Under the pieces are notes generated by a model. That model was not told the DNA's origin. It saw only the letters and a list, made by a program, of their open reading frames with translations, and ran no database searches. The translations under genes and the position numbers were made by a program. A stretch of 64,000 bases of DNA from Ginglymostoma cirratum. Its lineage: Eukaryota. Where the stretch lies: contig JAHRHZ010000024.1 of the NCBI GenBank assembly GCA_024137785.1, forward strand, positions 27,130,338-27,194,337, written 5' to 3'. This document shows positions 27,453-39,710 of the stretch, piece by piece. The first letter of the stretch is position 1; each line of letters starts with the position of its first letter.

Positions 27453-28480
27453 ATTTGTAGAAGCAATTTCAATAATGATAAATGTTCAATTAAAAAAAAG
27501 ATAAACTTAGTGTATCAGAAGTTTGTTAAGGATTGGGAAAAATACTTTGAACAGAAAAAGAAATTTTTGATGAATCCTACCAGTCAATTTAATGAAAAAT
27601 TAAAATCCAAGACTGATGAGCTGATAAAATTTCATTGTGAAAAGTGCAATGAGTTTTTTGAATTGTGATGCAATCTGGAGAATGGAAAGGGTCAGACGCA
27701 TAGCATGAAAGAGCTGGTGCAGGCTTTAATGTCAGCTAGAGAAATTTTTCAGCAATGGTTTGTGGGTTTAATGAGCAGATTGAAAGAATCTAAGGTGCAG
27801 TCAGCAACCATGGAAGAAAGATTCTGAAATTAACTCAATGCCCATGTGGTGTTGTGCAGATGACCGAAACGAAGGTAACTGAACTGGCCAGAGCATTTAT
27901 TGAACAGAATGAAAGTGTCAAAAAACTTGAAAAAGAATTGGAAGTTAGGAGGATAAACAAATAGGATGAAATTGTGATAGAACTGGAAACAATTTTTCAC
28001 TTTTGAAGCATCAATGAGATAAATGCAAATGTATCTTGGAAGCTATGGCACATACTAAACTGGAAGATAACTTGAAAAAAATGGGAGAAAACCCTAATAC
28101 TAAAGGTTTATTTATCTGGTCTTGATCAAAACAATGAAATGATGAAATCTATCTGGAAAGGTTTATTTATCTGGTCTTGATCAAAACAATGAAATGATGA
28201 AATCTATCTGGAAGGAAGTGTTTGAGAAGGCTATCTTTGGAGTTGATTAATCAGAAATACACTTTCGGTAACAATATTAAGGAAAGATTCAAGGACATTT
28301 TTCCATTACAGGGGAGTAGACTAAGAAAACGCTAAAGATCTTCAGTACATATTTGAGAAGCCTATGAAACATTTATTTATATCATATTAGGTGATTATGA
28401 TGCATTCATAATGGATGAGGGGAGGCCACCAGTATTCCATCAGAAAGCTTTAAAAGAACATGGCACAGATGGATAAACAA
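27453..28480 (+). pseudogene. Decayed coding relic of a coiled-coil protein, possibly GVIN1/VLIG (very large inducible GTPase)-like
   Basis: 27453-27827 reads ~124 codons with one internal TGA: ...LVYQKFVKDWEKYFEQKKKFLMNPTSQFNEKLKSKTDELIKFHCEKCNEFFEL*CNLENGKGQTHSMKELVQALMSAREIFQQWFVGLMSRLKESK...; further frameshifted blocks follow (MTETKVTELARAFIEQNESVKKLEKELEV; YLSGLDQNNEMMKSIWKEVFEKAIF). Family call is by resemblance only. Confidence 0.45.
28102..28211 (+). repeat. Perfect 55-bp tandem duplication
   Basis: aaaggtttatttatctggtcttgatcaaaacaatgaaatgatgaaatctatctgg occurs at 28102-28156 and 28157-28211. Confidence 0.97.
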
Positions 28481-28539
28481 GCGAGTCACGAAGCTCCTGA
28501 TTAAATGTCAACATATGATTGAACATGAAACGATTGTGA

Positions 28540-28900
28540 GAAATAAAGCAAAGAACTGCGGATGCTGAAAATCAGAAACGTAAACAGAAATTGCTGGAGA
28601 AATACAGCAGGTCTGACAGCATCTGCAGAGAGAACAGAGTTAACATTTCAAGTCCACTGACCCCATTTTCAGATCTGTTAGTAGCAAGGAAAATGTGGTA
28701 CATATCCATATATCATACCACCTTTTCCTTGCACTAGCACAAATAGAAATTGCTGGAGAAACTCAAGGGTCTAGCAGCATCTATGGAGAGAAAGCAGAGT
28801 AAATGTTTTGGGTCGAGGACCCGAAACATTAACTCTGCTGAGTTTCTTCAGCAATTTCTGCATTTACTTCATATTTCCAGTAACGGCACATTTTTCTTTC
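28540..28900. mobile_element. Penelope-like pLTR fragments in inverted arrangement (older family)
   Basis: aacagaaattgctggagaaa...cagcatctg occurs twice, with the inverse ctgctgagtttcttcagcaatttctg; same family as 35215-35465 and 60264-60362. Confidence 0.65.
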
Positions 28901-28938
28901 ACTATTTCCTAGCTACTGTCAGAAAAAAAGTATATTTG

Positions 28939-29406
28939 TGTCTTGGATCACAGTGTGTATCCAAGCAGTTCTTTTCGATGTGGTTAAATATAACTAACAG
29001 AAGACTCAACAACAGCAATTTGCTTAAATATGAATGTTTATTAAGTAATACTAATGATGACTATGGCAATATTAAATGGAAAAGAAAGGAGAGAAAGCAA
29101 CAAATCTCATGCCCTTCTGCCCATCGTGGACTCCTCAATTGATGGCTGGTCTGGAGGATTAGGTTCGTTTCTGGTACCATTCACAATTCCAGTCTGAGGT
29201 GAAGTCCAATTTCAAAACAAAACTCTCTCTCTTATACAACGTAACAAACAGCTAGTACAGAAAACAGCAGGTACAGAAGACAAAACTGCTGGCTAGTACA
29301 GAAAAAAACAACTACAGAAAAACGCGCTGATTGTGCCGGCTTTGGCAACTATAGGCATGTTCACAGGATTCATTCAAGGTCATGTACCTGTCCAATCTTA
29401 TCAACA
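28939..29406 (-). repeat. 3' LTR (468 bp)
   Basis: Colinear with 32388-32848 throughout; 49/60 identities over the first 60 aligned bases, counted by hand. Confidence 0.9.
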
Positions 29407-29554
29407 AGAACGTATAATAAGAGTACGTAACCCACAGTAGAAGATTAAAACTTTAATGAAAATAACTATCATCAATATGAACAGTACAACTATAGGGTGT
29501 ATCATCAAAGAAATGATCGCAGTGATCTTTGGGGACCAACTCCTGAATATATGA
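29401..29554 (-). pseudogene. Envelope glycoprotein C-terminal transmembrane remnant
   Basis: IFRSWSPKITAIISLMIHPIVVLFILMIVIFIKVLIFYCGLRTLIIRSC*: a long hydrophobic helix preceded by a WSP..(H)PIVVL motif, lying immediately upstream of the 3' LTR where env is expected. Confidence 0.65.
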
Positions 29555-29652
29555 AGGTTCGATTTCACCCTCGGGCAACTGTCTGTGTGGAGTTTGCACC
29601 TTCTCCCCATGTCTGCGTGGGTTTCCTCTGAGTGCTCCGGTTTCCTCCTCAA
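29555..29652 (+). mobile_element. HE1-type SINE fragment inside the provirus
   Basis: aggttcgatttcaccctcgggcaactgtctgtgtggagtttgcac...gtgctccggtttcctc. Confidence 0.9.
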
Positions 29653-32365
29653 GATTTCTTCCTCAAGGCTATGATGGAACCAACAAGTCATACCACCTGA
29701 CTGAGGCAACCAGAATATCATCTACATTTCTTTTTCATTTAATCTATTTACATAATTTGCCCTAAAATTCAGTATATTCCAGATTCAGGTCCTTAATTGG
29801 TTTATTGTAAGTTCTCCAGTTCCCTATCCTCACCTAATAACAGTAAAATAACATCATACATGGATGCAAAATTTCTCCACCTCTCTTCACCTGCATCTGT
29901 CTTGAGGACACTTCTTCAATATGTTTCCTTCCTTGCCAATTTTATGAATGAATTGTATCATTGAGTGGTGACTACCAGCATATGCAGGTATCCCCTTTTG
30001 GCTTACAATATACGTGGTATCAAATATTACAGCTCTGATGTTCATCAGGCTTTACCTTCAACTTATGCTTCCTGCCTTTTATTTTTTGCAGGGTTCCCTT
30101 ACCACAGACTCCCACACCACGTATATCTTTGCTCAGCCTTCATTCATATACACCAACTATCCTAACACCTACTGGTTTAAACACTGGAGTACATGCATTA
30201 GACAAGCACTCAAAATGAGTATTTGTATGTCATCTGATAAACTCATTCACTCAGTTCCACCGTTACTCCTCCTAGAATCCATATTCTTTCATTTCTGTAA
30301 CATATTGATACAATAACCAATTACCTTTTATTTTGATTGCAATACTTTTTACATCCTTTTCGCCAATACTACTTTCATTGTTTTAAAATCAGTTTCTCTA
30401 TGGATTTTGTTTCAGTATCTTACTGTTAAAACTATGTTTTGTGCTCTTCCAAGTCACACTAATCCTTTCATCAATTAGATGTACATGTCTGAGACCCATT
30501 CTTCAGTGCATGTTTTTTACCGTCTCATGTTTGTTACCTCCAAGGTAACATTCACTGTTTGCACACTCACATTGGTATCTCAAGACCATGTCATGTATTC
30601 TTGGACTCGCACATGATATTTTCAAATGACCTATGAGGTTTTAGTTATCTTTCCATGCATGGTCCTGATGCATCGGGTAGTAGTTTGATCACCAATTTAA
30701 TCTTTCTTAAAAAGAAAGACAAGGGCACAGACATCACCAAGAGAAAGCTACCAGTTTGGTGCTTTCATCTAAACTCCCTCTTCACTTGAGTGCATTTTAA
30801 CCTCAATTACTGTCTCAACTCATTTTTCTATTTTTTTTTGTCTCCTGCCACTAGTCTCCACCCCAATTACTTTTTCTCATTCAATTTTGCAATTTAACTA
30901 TTAGCAACATATCTAATTCCAGAGATCTGTAGAGAGTTGATAGTCCATGGAACATTATCTTATAATATTTTAAAATGTTTTTGTTTGATTCAGGCGAAAC
31001 ATGCATTGTTCTCTCTCTCAGATGACCCACTTATTTTTTAAAGTTACTTAGTAATTTATTCTAGATATTTGATATATCAATACATAAATTTGTCCAAAAT
31101 CAATATTCTGTTTACTTCCTTAAAGTTACTAACCATTTTTGTATGCATTGAAACCACTGAGACTGTGTGCATGCACTTTATCGTTTCCTAGAATTCCTCT
31201 ACATTTTTAGGAAACTATCCAATTTAAAAGTTTTAGAATACCAGGTCATCTGAGTCTTAATGTAGTCTTTGTCATGATATGCTTAAGCTCACTCAGGCTC
31301 AGTGGTTTTTAGATTTCTGACACTCACTACAATTAATATTTCCATAGTACTTCCCCAAAACTGAAATATGTTATTGATGAATGGCTTGATGGGTTGAGGG
31401 TGCTTTATCCAACACTGTGTTGCGATGTTGAAATTCTGCAAACAGATTCAGCTTTCAGTGTCTCCAATTTCTGAAAAAAAAACTAGTTCCATTCACTCCA
31501 TGTCAAGGAGAATGGGTTAATTAGTATTAATCTACTATGAATTCAAAAAGGGGGTAGGGCATAAACTCCTGCATATAATTACAACATCCATCTTTCCTCT
31601 TGAAGGAAGGAAAAGCCTACTCTTTTGTAAAATTTGCCATTTCTATAATTCCTTGCACACAGGGAATTGCATTTTCAACATTCCAATGTCCCAGTCACTT
31701 GGATATTAACAATAAGTCAATCTTATCATCCAAAATTAAAGATTTACTCATGTTAAAACAATAATTGAAAGTTCACTCTGGCCAGAAAACTAAATTTCAA
31801 ACATGGTAATTTCTGGAATTAAAATTTGCCTGAGTCCAAATGCAACATGGAGTTAATTCCAAAAGGTAAATTTTTACCAAGCTTTGCAAACCAAATTTTT
31901 GAATCAACGTTTGGCAGATTTCGTTATACATAACAATTGATAGTTTCTTCGAAGGACATTACATTGACCATACATACTCCACACAAAGGCAGGCACACAT
32001 GTACTTTCAAGTCACCATACATTCCCAAAATGCAAACTAACTTCAAAGTATCTCCAGATCTCGAGCTCCAGGGAACAAAACTGCATAAATTGTACAAGAC
32101 AGCATTTAGCAACCTATAAACAAAGGTGCATTCAAACCAGACCAAAAAGAGTTAACACTTCTATAAGGATCAGTACACTTGTACAGCACAGAAACCTGGC
32201 CTGCAGTTCTCTCTTTTTCCAGTTATAACTGTACGCCATCGTTTTGGGGGTCTTAATTGTTCTAACATGTTAGCTACAAACATGAATCCAGAGTCTGCTG
32301 CATTCCACCCTGGAAGGTCTCTGAAGCATCAGGTTGCTTTTCCTTTCTTTTAAATATTTTCCCAA

Positions 32366-32383
32366 ATCCCATCCCCATCACTA
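32366..32383 (-). other. Primer-binding site, tRNA-Ser(GCT) type
   Basis: Minus strand TAGTGATGGGGATGGGAT vs TGGCGACGAGGATGGGAT: 14/18 identical, all four differences are transitions; lies 4 nt downstream of the 5' LTR end. Confidence 0.8.
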
Positions 32384-32387
32384 AAAG

Positions 32388-32848
32388 TGTCTTGGATCGC
32401 ATGATGTATCCAAGCAGTTCTTTTGGATTCAGTTAAATACAATTAAGCGAAGACTAGCCAACACAATTTGCTTAAATATGAATGTTTATTAAGTAATAAT
32501 AGTGATGATAGTGATAACAATAAAAGGAGAAAAAAGAGAAAAACCAACAAGTCTCACGCCCTTCTGCCCATCAGGGACCGCTTGATCGATGGCTGGTCTG
32601 GAGGCTTAGGTACATTCCTGGCACTGTTCATGACTCAGGTCTGAGGCGAAGTCCAATTCTTGGAACAAAATTCTCTCTCTCATACAGCGTAACAGCTAGT
32701 ACAGAAAACAGCAGATACAGAAAGGAAAACTGCTGGCTAATACAGGAAAAAAACTACAGAAAAATATGTTAATTGTGCCAGCTTTGACACATACAGGAAT
32801 GTTCACAGGATTTATCCAAGGTCACACAGCTGTCAAATATTACCAACA
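32388..32848 (-). repeat. 5' LTR (461 bp)
   Basis: Partner of 28939-29406, followed on the minus strand by the PBS. Confidence 0.9.
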
Positions 32849-32914
32849 AGTTTACCCTTCAGCCCATCATATACAACTTGTTTGAAATTCTGCCCACAGT
32901 TTGGGTAGGAAAGC

Positions 32915-34167
32915 TGTTAAGATAATATTAGGCACTGATTTATAACAGAACTATAATGTTTAAATACTGTTTATTCTATTTTTTTTGATTAAAGCTTTAA
33001 AACTTTGTGAATACAATGTGTGCCTTTGTCAAAAATAGAAAGGCTAACTGTACAGTGGATAATAAGCTATTAATTGGAAGCTTATAACAATAAGCATTTG
33101 TAAAGAAACTGAGAAATTATCATAAAATAAAACTTTCACTACAGTGAGGTTTGCTTCCTCCCCTCAAGGGAAATTTTGTGAGGCAAGTTATATTTTCGAA
33201 AGTTTCTCTGTGTTTTTGACGTAGATATGTATTAAGTTAGCATTGGTGGGATGACCTCTGTTTGACTATAGATTAAAACACTTAAATTAAAGAATAACCA
33301 AAGTTGAAACATTTTAAGGTTGAAAAATAGAACCTCACCTCTGAATCTGTTGTAAAATTGAGCAGGCTAGTCTTTCAGTTTATAGCAGAGAAGATAGCTG
33401 AAGATTGTTCATATTCCTGGGCATACTGTGGCTTGGAGAAACCATGGAGTGCAGTGTCAGCTCAGTGGAGTTGAGGGTGCAGTTTTCTGCCCCATGAAGC
33501 TGGCATGGAGGCCAAAGGAAAGTCTGAGGAGAACAGTGGGGTTGGGCTCAACACAGCTAGGAAGCATGAATAAAGTTGGTGATAAGATGTGTCTCGTGAG
33601 TCCAATGGAAAACAGCCTTGGGGAAAAGGGATTGAAAAACTGAGACATGAGCAATTGCTGGGCCATTCTAACTTCAAGTCCTGCCTGACAACTGTTTTCA
33701 GGGCAAAGAGGAAACCGAAAGGTCTCCAAGCTGAGCAGGAACTGCAATTGAGAGAAATCCGAGACTTGATCCTTAAAAAAGAGGAGCAGATTTCTTTGTG
33801 TAGAAATCAGAGTTGGTAGAATTGTTGTGGCACTGACAGCTGGGTGAGTTGCTGAAGAAATTTGTGGAATCTGTCCTGCTGTGTTTGTAATTTAGTGTGT
33901 ACTTGGTGGTGTGTTTGACCACAGTTTGTCTGCTTTCTAATGTTGATCCTAAGTTATGTTTCTGCGAGTTAAGAGTAGAAGATGAATGGGATTGCCTGCT
34001 TGCTTTGTTAACTTGTGTATATTAAAACTTCTATTTGTTTAAAATATGAAATCTTGCGGCTTTATGCTCTTGAGAAATGTGGATTTCTAGTTTTGTTGAC
34101 TTTAAAATGAAAAATGATTGGTCTCCCACCCAGATCATGAGAAAGAATCTGGTCCTGGACCGTAACA
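32915..34167 (+). mobile_element. Possible long solo LTR of an unrelated family
   Basis: ATTAAA at 34021 then LTR-like end ...tctggtcctggaccgtaaCA, similar in style to the end at 4737; 5' boundary is a guess. Confidence 0.35.
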
Positions 34168-35214
34168 AAATGTGTTTGGATGATAAGATTCTTGCTTAGT
34201 TGTAACACTCAATGATACTGAAAGAAGCAGGAAGGGAGGACCTGACTGTAAATTGTCTGATTCATACCTGACCATTAAACATTCTTGCAATTCAAAAAGG
34301 GAATTTGATTTTGACATACCTTGAGCTTTTCTTTCTCAAATAACCTTTGCCTGATACTTCTGAATTTGGCTATCTATTCCCTCCATGCAAGGCTGAACAA
34401 CTTCATCACTTTAGCAAGAATGTCACATGCAGCTTTTAACAGACTTTTCCCTTTTACACTCTTTTAAAATGAGGGCAAGAAACAAATAGAAGAAAATGAA
34501 CATAGGTTTTTCTCAGTCACCATTGTTGAAACTGTACAATTTTGCTGCTGTGATTCCTACATTACAACAGGGCCTGCACTTTAAAGAATACATCAGCAGA
34601 GTCTTTTGGTGTATGTTTTTTTATGCCGATATCCTTGGGTTTGGGTTTAAGACAGACTGATAGAAGAGAAGGTAAGGTCAAGAGCTGTCTTTAAACTTGA
34701 GTTTCTTTAAAACATTGTTTGGTAGATATTACTACACTACACCTGGCTCTAATTGTTCTATTACATTATTGAATGAATACTCCATGAACCTAATGTTAGT
34801 CAAAGTATTCCACTTAACCGCTGCACACCACCACCCATTTTATGTTATTTATCGTCAGTGAGAACCAGCTGCGTGACATCGTCATGAGGTTACTCCAGAG
34901 TCCTAAATCCCTTACACTGCGCAAAGCACTTTGCAATCTCTTGAGGTCATGAAAGACACTTTAGCATACAAATTTTGTTTGGTATAATGTGGTTCAGTGG
35001 TAACCACCAACGATGGTTTGAACCTACTTAATACCATTTTACAACTTTAAATATATAATGAAACATACATGAAGCATTTAGTATCATTGTCATTAATTGC
35101 AATTGTTTTCAGTTTTCCATAATGGTTCAAACGGTCTCTTTCCATGCTGCAAAACACCAAGGGTCTATGACTTATCACAATAATACTAAAAAAAAAGCAC
35201 CATTTAAAAAGGAA

Positions 35215-35465
35215 TAAAATGAAAGCAAAATACTGTGGATGCTGAAATAAAGACAGAAACTATTGGAAATACTCAAATACTTTGGCAGCCTCTGTAGAAA
35301 GAGGAACAGACTGGAGAAGATCTGAAAAAGTCATATTTGGCTTGACTAACCCAGTTTCTTACTCTAAAGAGATCAGATTGGCTGAGCATTTCCAAGATAT
35401 CTGGATTTTTCTTTTCTTCTTTCAGATTTCCAGAATCCAGATGATTTTGTTCTATTTTATTTTAA
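35215..35465. mobile_element. Penelope-like pLTR inverted pair, decayed
   Basis: aaagcaaaatactgtggatgctg...ggaaatactc followed by the inverse gctgagcatttcca...ttcagatttccagaatccag. Confidence 0.6.
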
Positions 35466-36499
35466 CTCACCACCATGTCTTTTCTTGGAATGCTTACATT
35501 GAAAATGTTCTGTCCTTCTCACCAAAGGGATATCTGCTTGTTTCATTAAATGTATTCATGTTTGCTGCTTCCCATATTCCTCCTGATTACAAAAGAAAGT
35601 GTATATGTGGCTCCAACTGAAAACAAGGCTTCTTTTGACAAGTGTCTCCAATGCATAGCATAACACAGCTCCAACATCTAATCGGATTCAATACTATGTA
35701 CTGCATCACATCTTTTTACTTTCAAAGATAAATGTGTCTTTTAAAGAAACAATTAATAAGATATCAGCATAGTTAGCTCAAGAAATCGAGAAAGAATGTT
35801 GGCAGGGTTGATAGGTAGAAAATGATACACACTCGTGGATGGGTAATTTCAGAGTGAGTCTGATGCTCCAAAGCTCACTGTAGTTTTCATAAAGAACTTG
35901 GATTCTGAAACAAAATGCAAACTGAGCGCATTTTCAGATGATAATGAAACAGACAGACAGCAGAACAGAATGAAGCAGGCCAGAAATTGCAGAAAAGGTT
36001 AACCAAAGTAAACAATTTGCTTAAACAACAGTCAATCAATTTGAATGCAGGGATGTAAAGTCCTAAACAAAGAAACATAGAAAATAGGCATGCTCTAGAA
36101 ATATATAGACATAACATACTTATAGAATGGATGAGAACAATGTTGAAAAATACCTAAGGGTATTAATAGGTCCAATCCTCTTCTTACCAACGTAAAATTG
36201 TAATCAGCTGTGTTAAATGAGTTGTGATGAAACTCTGAATGAACCCCAATATGAGTACTCATCCTATTCTGGTTGATGGGACAGACCAGAGAAAAAATCA
36301 GACAGAAGATGCAAAAGAGTCACGAGTTTGTTCACTAACTTTTAGAGTCTGAGCTATAAGGACTTTGTAAACAGACTTACCTGAAAATAATTAAAGTATC
36401 TGAAAGATCAATTATTGATATATAGAGGCTTGTAAGTGGTAAGGGACAAGGTGAATCTTGAATGATACTTTAAGCATTACACTAGCATACACATAAGTA

Positions 36500-36830
36500 C
36501 AATAGTGTAATGGTTAAGCTACTGAGCTATTCTCATGCTCCAGCCAGAACATGACTTCAAGTCTGACAATTGCCATTTGAGCATTTGAATTCACTTTCAA
36601 AGCTCATAAAAAAAACAGCAAGGTTACCTAATGTCCTTGCCTAATCTAGTCTATGTATGACTTCAGTCCCATAACCTACATGGTTGATTCTTAACTGCAA
36701 CTGAACTTGACATCAGCAAGCTATTCAGTTGCATGAAGCAGAGACTAACAGTTCAAGAAGGTGACCCACCATCACATTCTCATGTCGGGCAATAAATGCT
36801 GGCTTTGCCAGTGCATAAATAAAAGAAAGA
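36500..36830 (+). mobile_element. tRNA-derived SINE (second family), degraded
   Basis: tagtgtaatggtta head, catttgaattca, tail caagaaggtgacccaccatcacattctc...gggcaataaatgctggc. Confidence 0.6.
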
Positions 36831-37212
36831 AAGCAATGGTGATGCAGGCACATGTTCAACCGAATAAAAGATAATTCCATCAGATTATTCCTCTTCATGC
36901 AGAGAGTGAGAAACACTTAGAACAGGACATCTTAGTTGACTGGTGTAACTATTACACAAAACAATTTAGATACAGAAATACAAAGAGTGTAGACTAGTTA
37001 CACATGGATGAATTGAGATAGCCAAAAGGCGTAACTCATTGTAAGTACTTTGTGATTTTTATCTCATCCACTTCATACTGTCTGTTCCTAATAAACACCA
37101 GCAGCTATTCTCAGGATAGTTTTTAAATCTCTGAACACTCTATAAATGCATTGCTTTTCCAATAAATCTGTTACCGATGTTTCAAGATCATTTTTTGTTT
37201 TCTGCGAAGATC

Positions 37213-37650
37213 TCAGCCATGGTTAGTCAGTGAAACTCTCATTTCTCATTCACAAGGTCCTGAATTCCAGTCCTACTCCAGGCCTGAGCACGAAAGTTAT
37301 CCCAGTGCTATATTAAAAAAGCTCCAGCACCATTTTTCAGATTAAACATTAAACCGTGGTTACAACTACTTGTTCAGTGGGATATAAAAGAACAAAGAGA
37401 CTATTTTGAAGATGGGAAGGGGAGTAAGAGGAATGTCCTGATCAATATTTAATCCTCCTCACTCAATGTCAGAATAACAGATTTCTTAGTCATTAACACT
37501 TTGCTGCTTTCGGAAGCTTGTTGTGCAAAACTTTGCTGCTGCTTTTCTTAAATTATAATGGTCAAATGGTAACTTCAAATATACTTAATTGGCAGTAAAG
37601 AGACTTTGAGACATCCGCTGAGCAAACCACATAAATAAAGTATCCCTTTT
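37213..37650 (+). mobile_element. DeuSINE (SacSINE1/AmnSINE1-like)
   Basis: tRNA-like head, Deu-like core (ttaaaccgtgg...tattttgaag...tgtcctgatcaatattt...ttgctgctttcggaagcttgttgtgcaaa) and tail. Confidence 0.7.
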
Positions 37651-38067
37651 TATTGTTTAAAGCTGGATGTGGAAGTGTTACAATTGTAAATTCCAGGACT
37701 TAATTTTTGAGGTCTTCCTTTCTGTGCTATTGTAAAGAAATTTGTGAAAACTGCGTTTTTCAAAAGGAGACAGAATTATCTGAAAATGCAAAATGTGGAG
37801 GCCTGTGAGTAAAAGATGTTAGTATTGCAACAGATTAATTGGTCATTCAGAGAGCAAGAACAGACACAATATATCAATAAACCTCCTTTTGTGATTCTAT
37901 AAAACAGCCATTCTCACTTACTTCATCCACAGCACAATCATTTGAATGTTGTGGGTGAGTGTGCCTCAAGAATTACCTGACAGATTTCTCTACTTTTAGG
38001 AAAATTTCTTCTCAAGTTTCTACAGTATAATATAGTGGTTCTAAAAGGTTCACTGTCAAAATTGGTT

Positions 38068-38425
38068 GGGGAGGCAGTGGTCTAGTGTCATTATTGACGG
38101 ACTGTTAATCCAGAGATGCGGATAACATTCTGGGGACCCGGGTTTGAATCCCACCATGGCAGATGGTGGAATTTGAATTCAATGAAGTATCTGGAATTAA
38201 GAATCTAATGATGACCATGAATCCATGTCAATTGTCAGGAAAAACCCATCTGGTTCACTATTGTCCTTTAGGGAAGGAAACTGCCATCCTTACCTGATCT
38301 GGCCTACATGTGACTCCAGACACACAGCAATGTGGTTGACTCTGAACGGTCCTCTGGGCAATTAGGGGTGGACAATAAATGCTGCCTAGCCAGCGATGTC
38401 CTTATCCTGTTAATGAATAAAGAAA
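38068..38425 (+). mobile_element. tRNA-derived SINE (second family), best-preserved copy
   Basis: ggggaggcagtggtctagtg...ccgggtttgaatcccaccatggcagatggtggaatttgaattcaat...caataaatgctgcctagccagcgatg. Confidence 0.88.
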
Positions 38426-39479
38426 ACAAAATTGCATTATCACCACCCAACATGATAATTTAACGCGGCATCTGGATGGAGAATCAAGCAATTGTGCATG
38501 AGGAGACAGACATAGCACTTTTTGCTCTTGATTTTTGCAACTTTGATTGATATTTGTTGCATCAATTGCTATCATGATATAAACAATACCTCCTTGTGAA
38601 AGACAGGCGTCCTTTCTTTTTCACAAGCTCTAGTGGTTTACTTTCTACGAGACGTTTGACTCAGCATAGAAAAGAAGATTGTTGACCAATCTCAAAGCAT
38701 CCATGGTGCTGCCCAGAACCCAATATAACTTGGTAATCAGCAGGGGGTATCATGTTGAAATATCTAAGGTAGCAATGCGGAGCAAACCCATTTGAAGTGG
38801 AAAAATAAAATGGATTGAGGACAAATGAGTCTTCCAATTTAAGAACATTACTGAATTCAGAAGACACAGACAGTCAGTCAGCAGCTGAGTGACAAAATCT
38901 GATAGTTAGGAATACCCTTAAGAGCAGCAGTTTGCCAAAAATGGCATTTCAGAAGAAATTCTTCACCTCGGAGCTGATAAAGGATGAATGGAAAATAATA
39001 TCTGCTGAGAAAAGATTGCAGGCCAGATACACTGAGATGAGAAATAGATATTAGCGAAGAAGGTTCTGTGGGAGTAGTTGGGAACTCTTACAATAAACTC
39101 TGCGATTGCTGAGGGAAAAAGGGGCAACGGCTTTACAATAAAGTCAGAAAAAGCTAGGGAAGGAAAGAAATGGAAGGGAGTGCTTTTCCTTCAAATAAAT
39201 GTCCTTAACTGAGGCACAGCTACAACAAAGCAGATTCCAGACAAGTAATTTATACTGAGGCCACAGTATCAGAAAACTCCTAGAGTTATCTAAATAGAAA
39301 ATAAACACAAAATTAAAAGATTTGAGGAAAGAGTCAAAATAAGAGGAACATTAGAAGAATTGTTAGAAGATCTGGACACTTTTAACTTAAATGCCAAGCT
39401 TGGTGGGAAGATTTATTAATGCTGGAGCAAAAACAATTTATGAAACAATTGTACAAGGGGATGTGCACTGGGCTTTGCT

Positions 39480-39710
39480 CCATGAAAAGTGTGGAATATT
39501 CATGGGTGAGCCACTCCCCATCCTGACATCAAAGTTCCTTCACTGGCACGAGGTCAAATCCTGTAGCTCTCTGCCTAGCAGCATTCTACAACAAACAAAC
39601 CACAACGGTTCAAGAAGACAGTTCACCACCACTTTCTCAAGGACAACTGACATGAACAATAAATGTTGGCCCAGTCAGTGATGCCCACATCCCATGAATG
39701 AATGAATAGT
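39480..39710 (+). mobile_element. LINE 3' tail (family of 19455-20320)
   Basis: ggttcaagaagacagttcaccaccactttctcaagg...aataaatgttggcc...gatgcccacatcccatgaatgaatgaat. Confidence 0.8.

Larger units (their letters stand above)
28939..32848 (-). mobile_element. Degraded endogenous retrovirus / env-bearing LTR element, internally deleted
   Basis: Direct repeats 28939-29406 and 32388-32848 with TG..CA ends; minus-strand AATAAA in each; PBS at 32366-32383; env-like TM remnant at 29401-29554. Confidence 0.85.
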
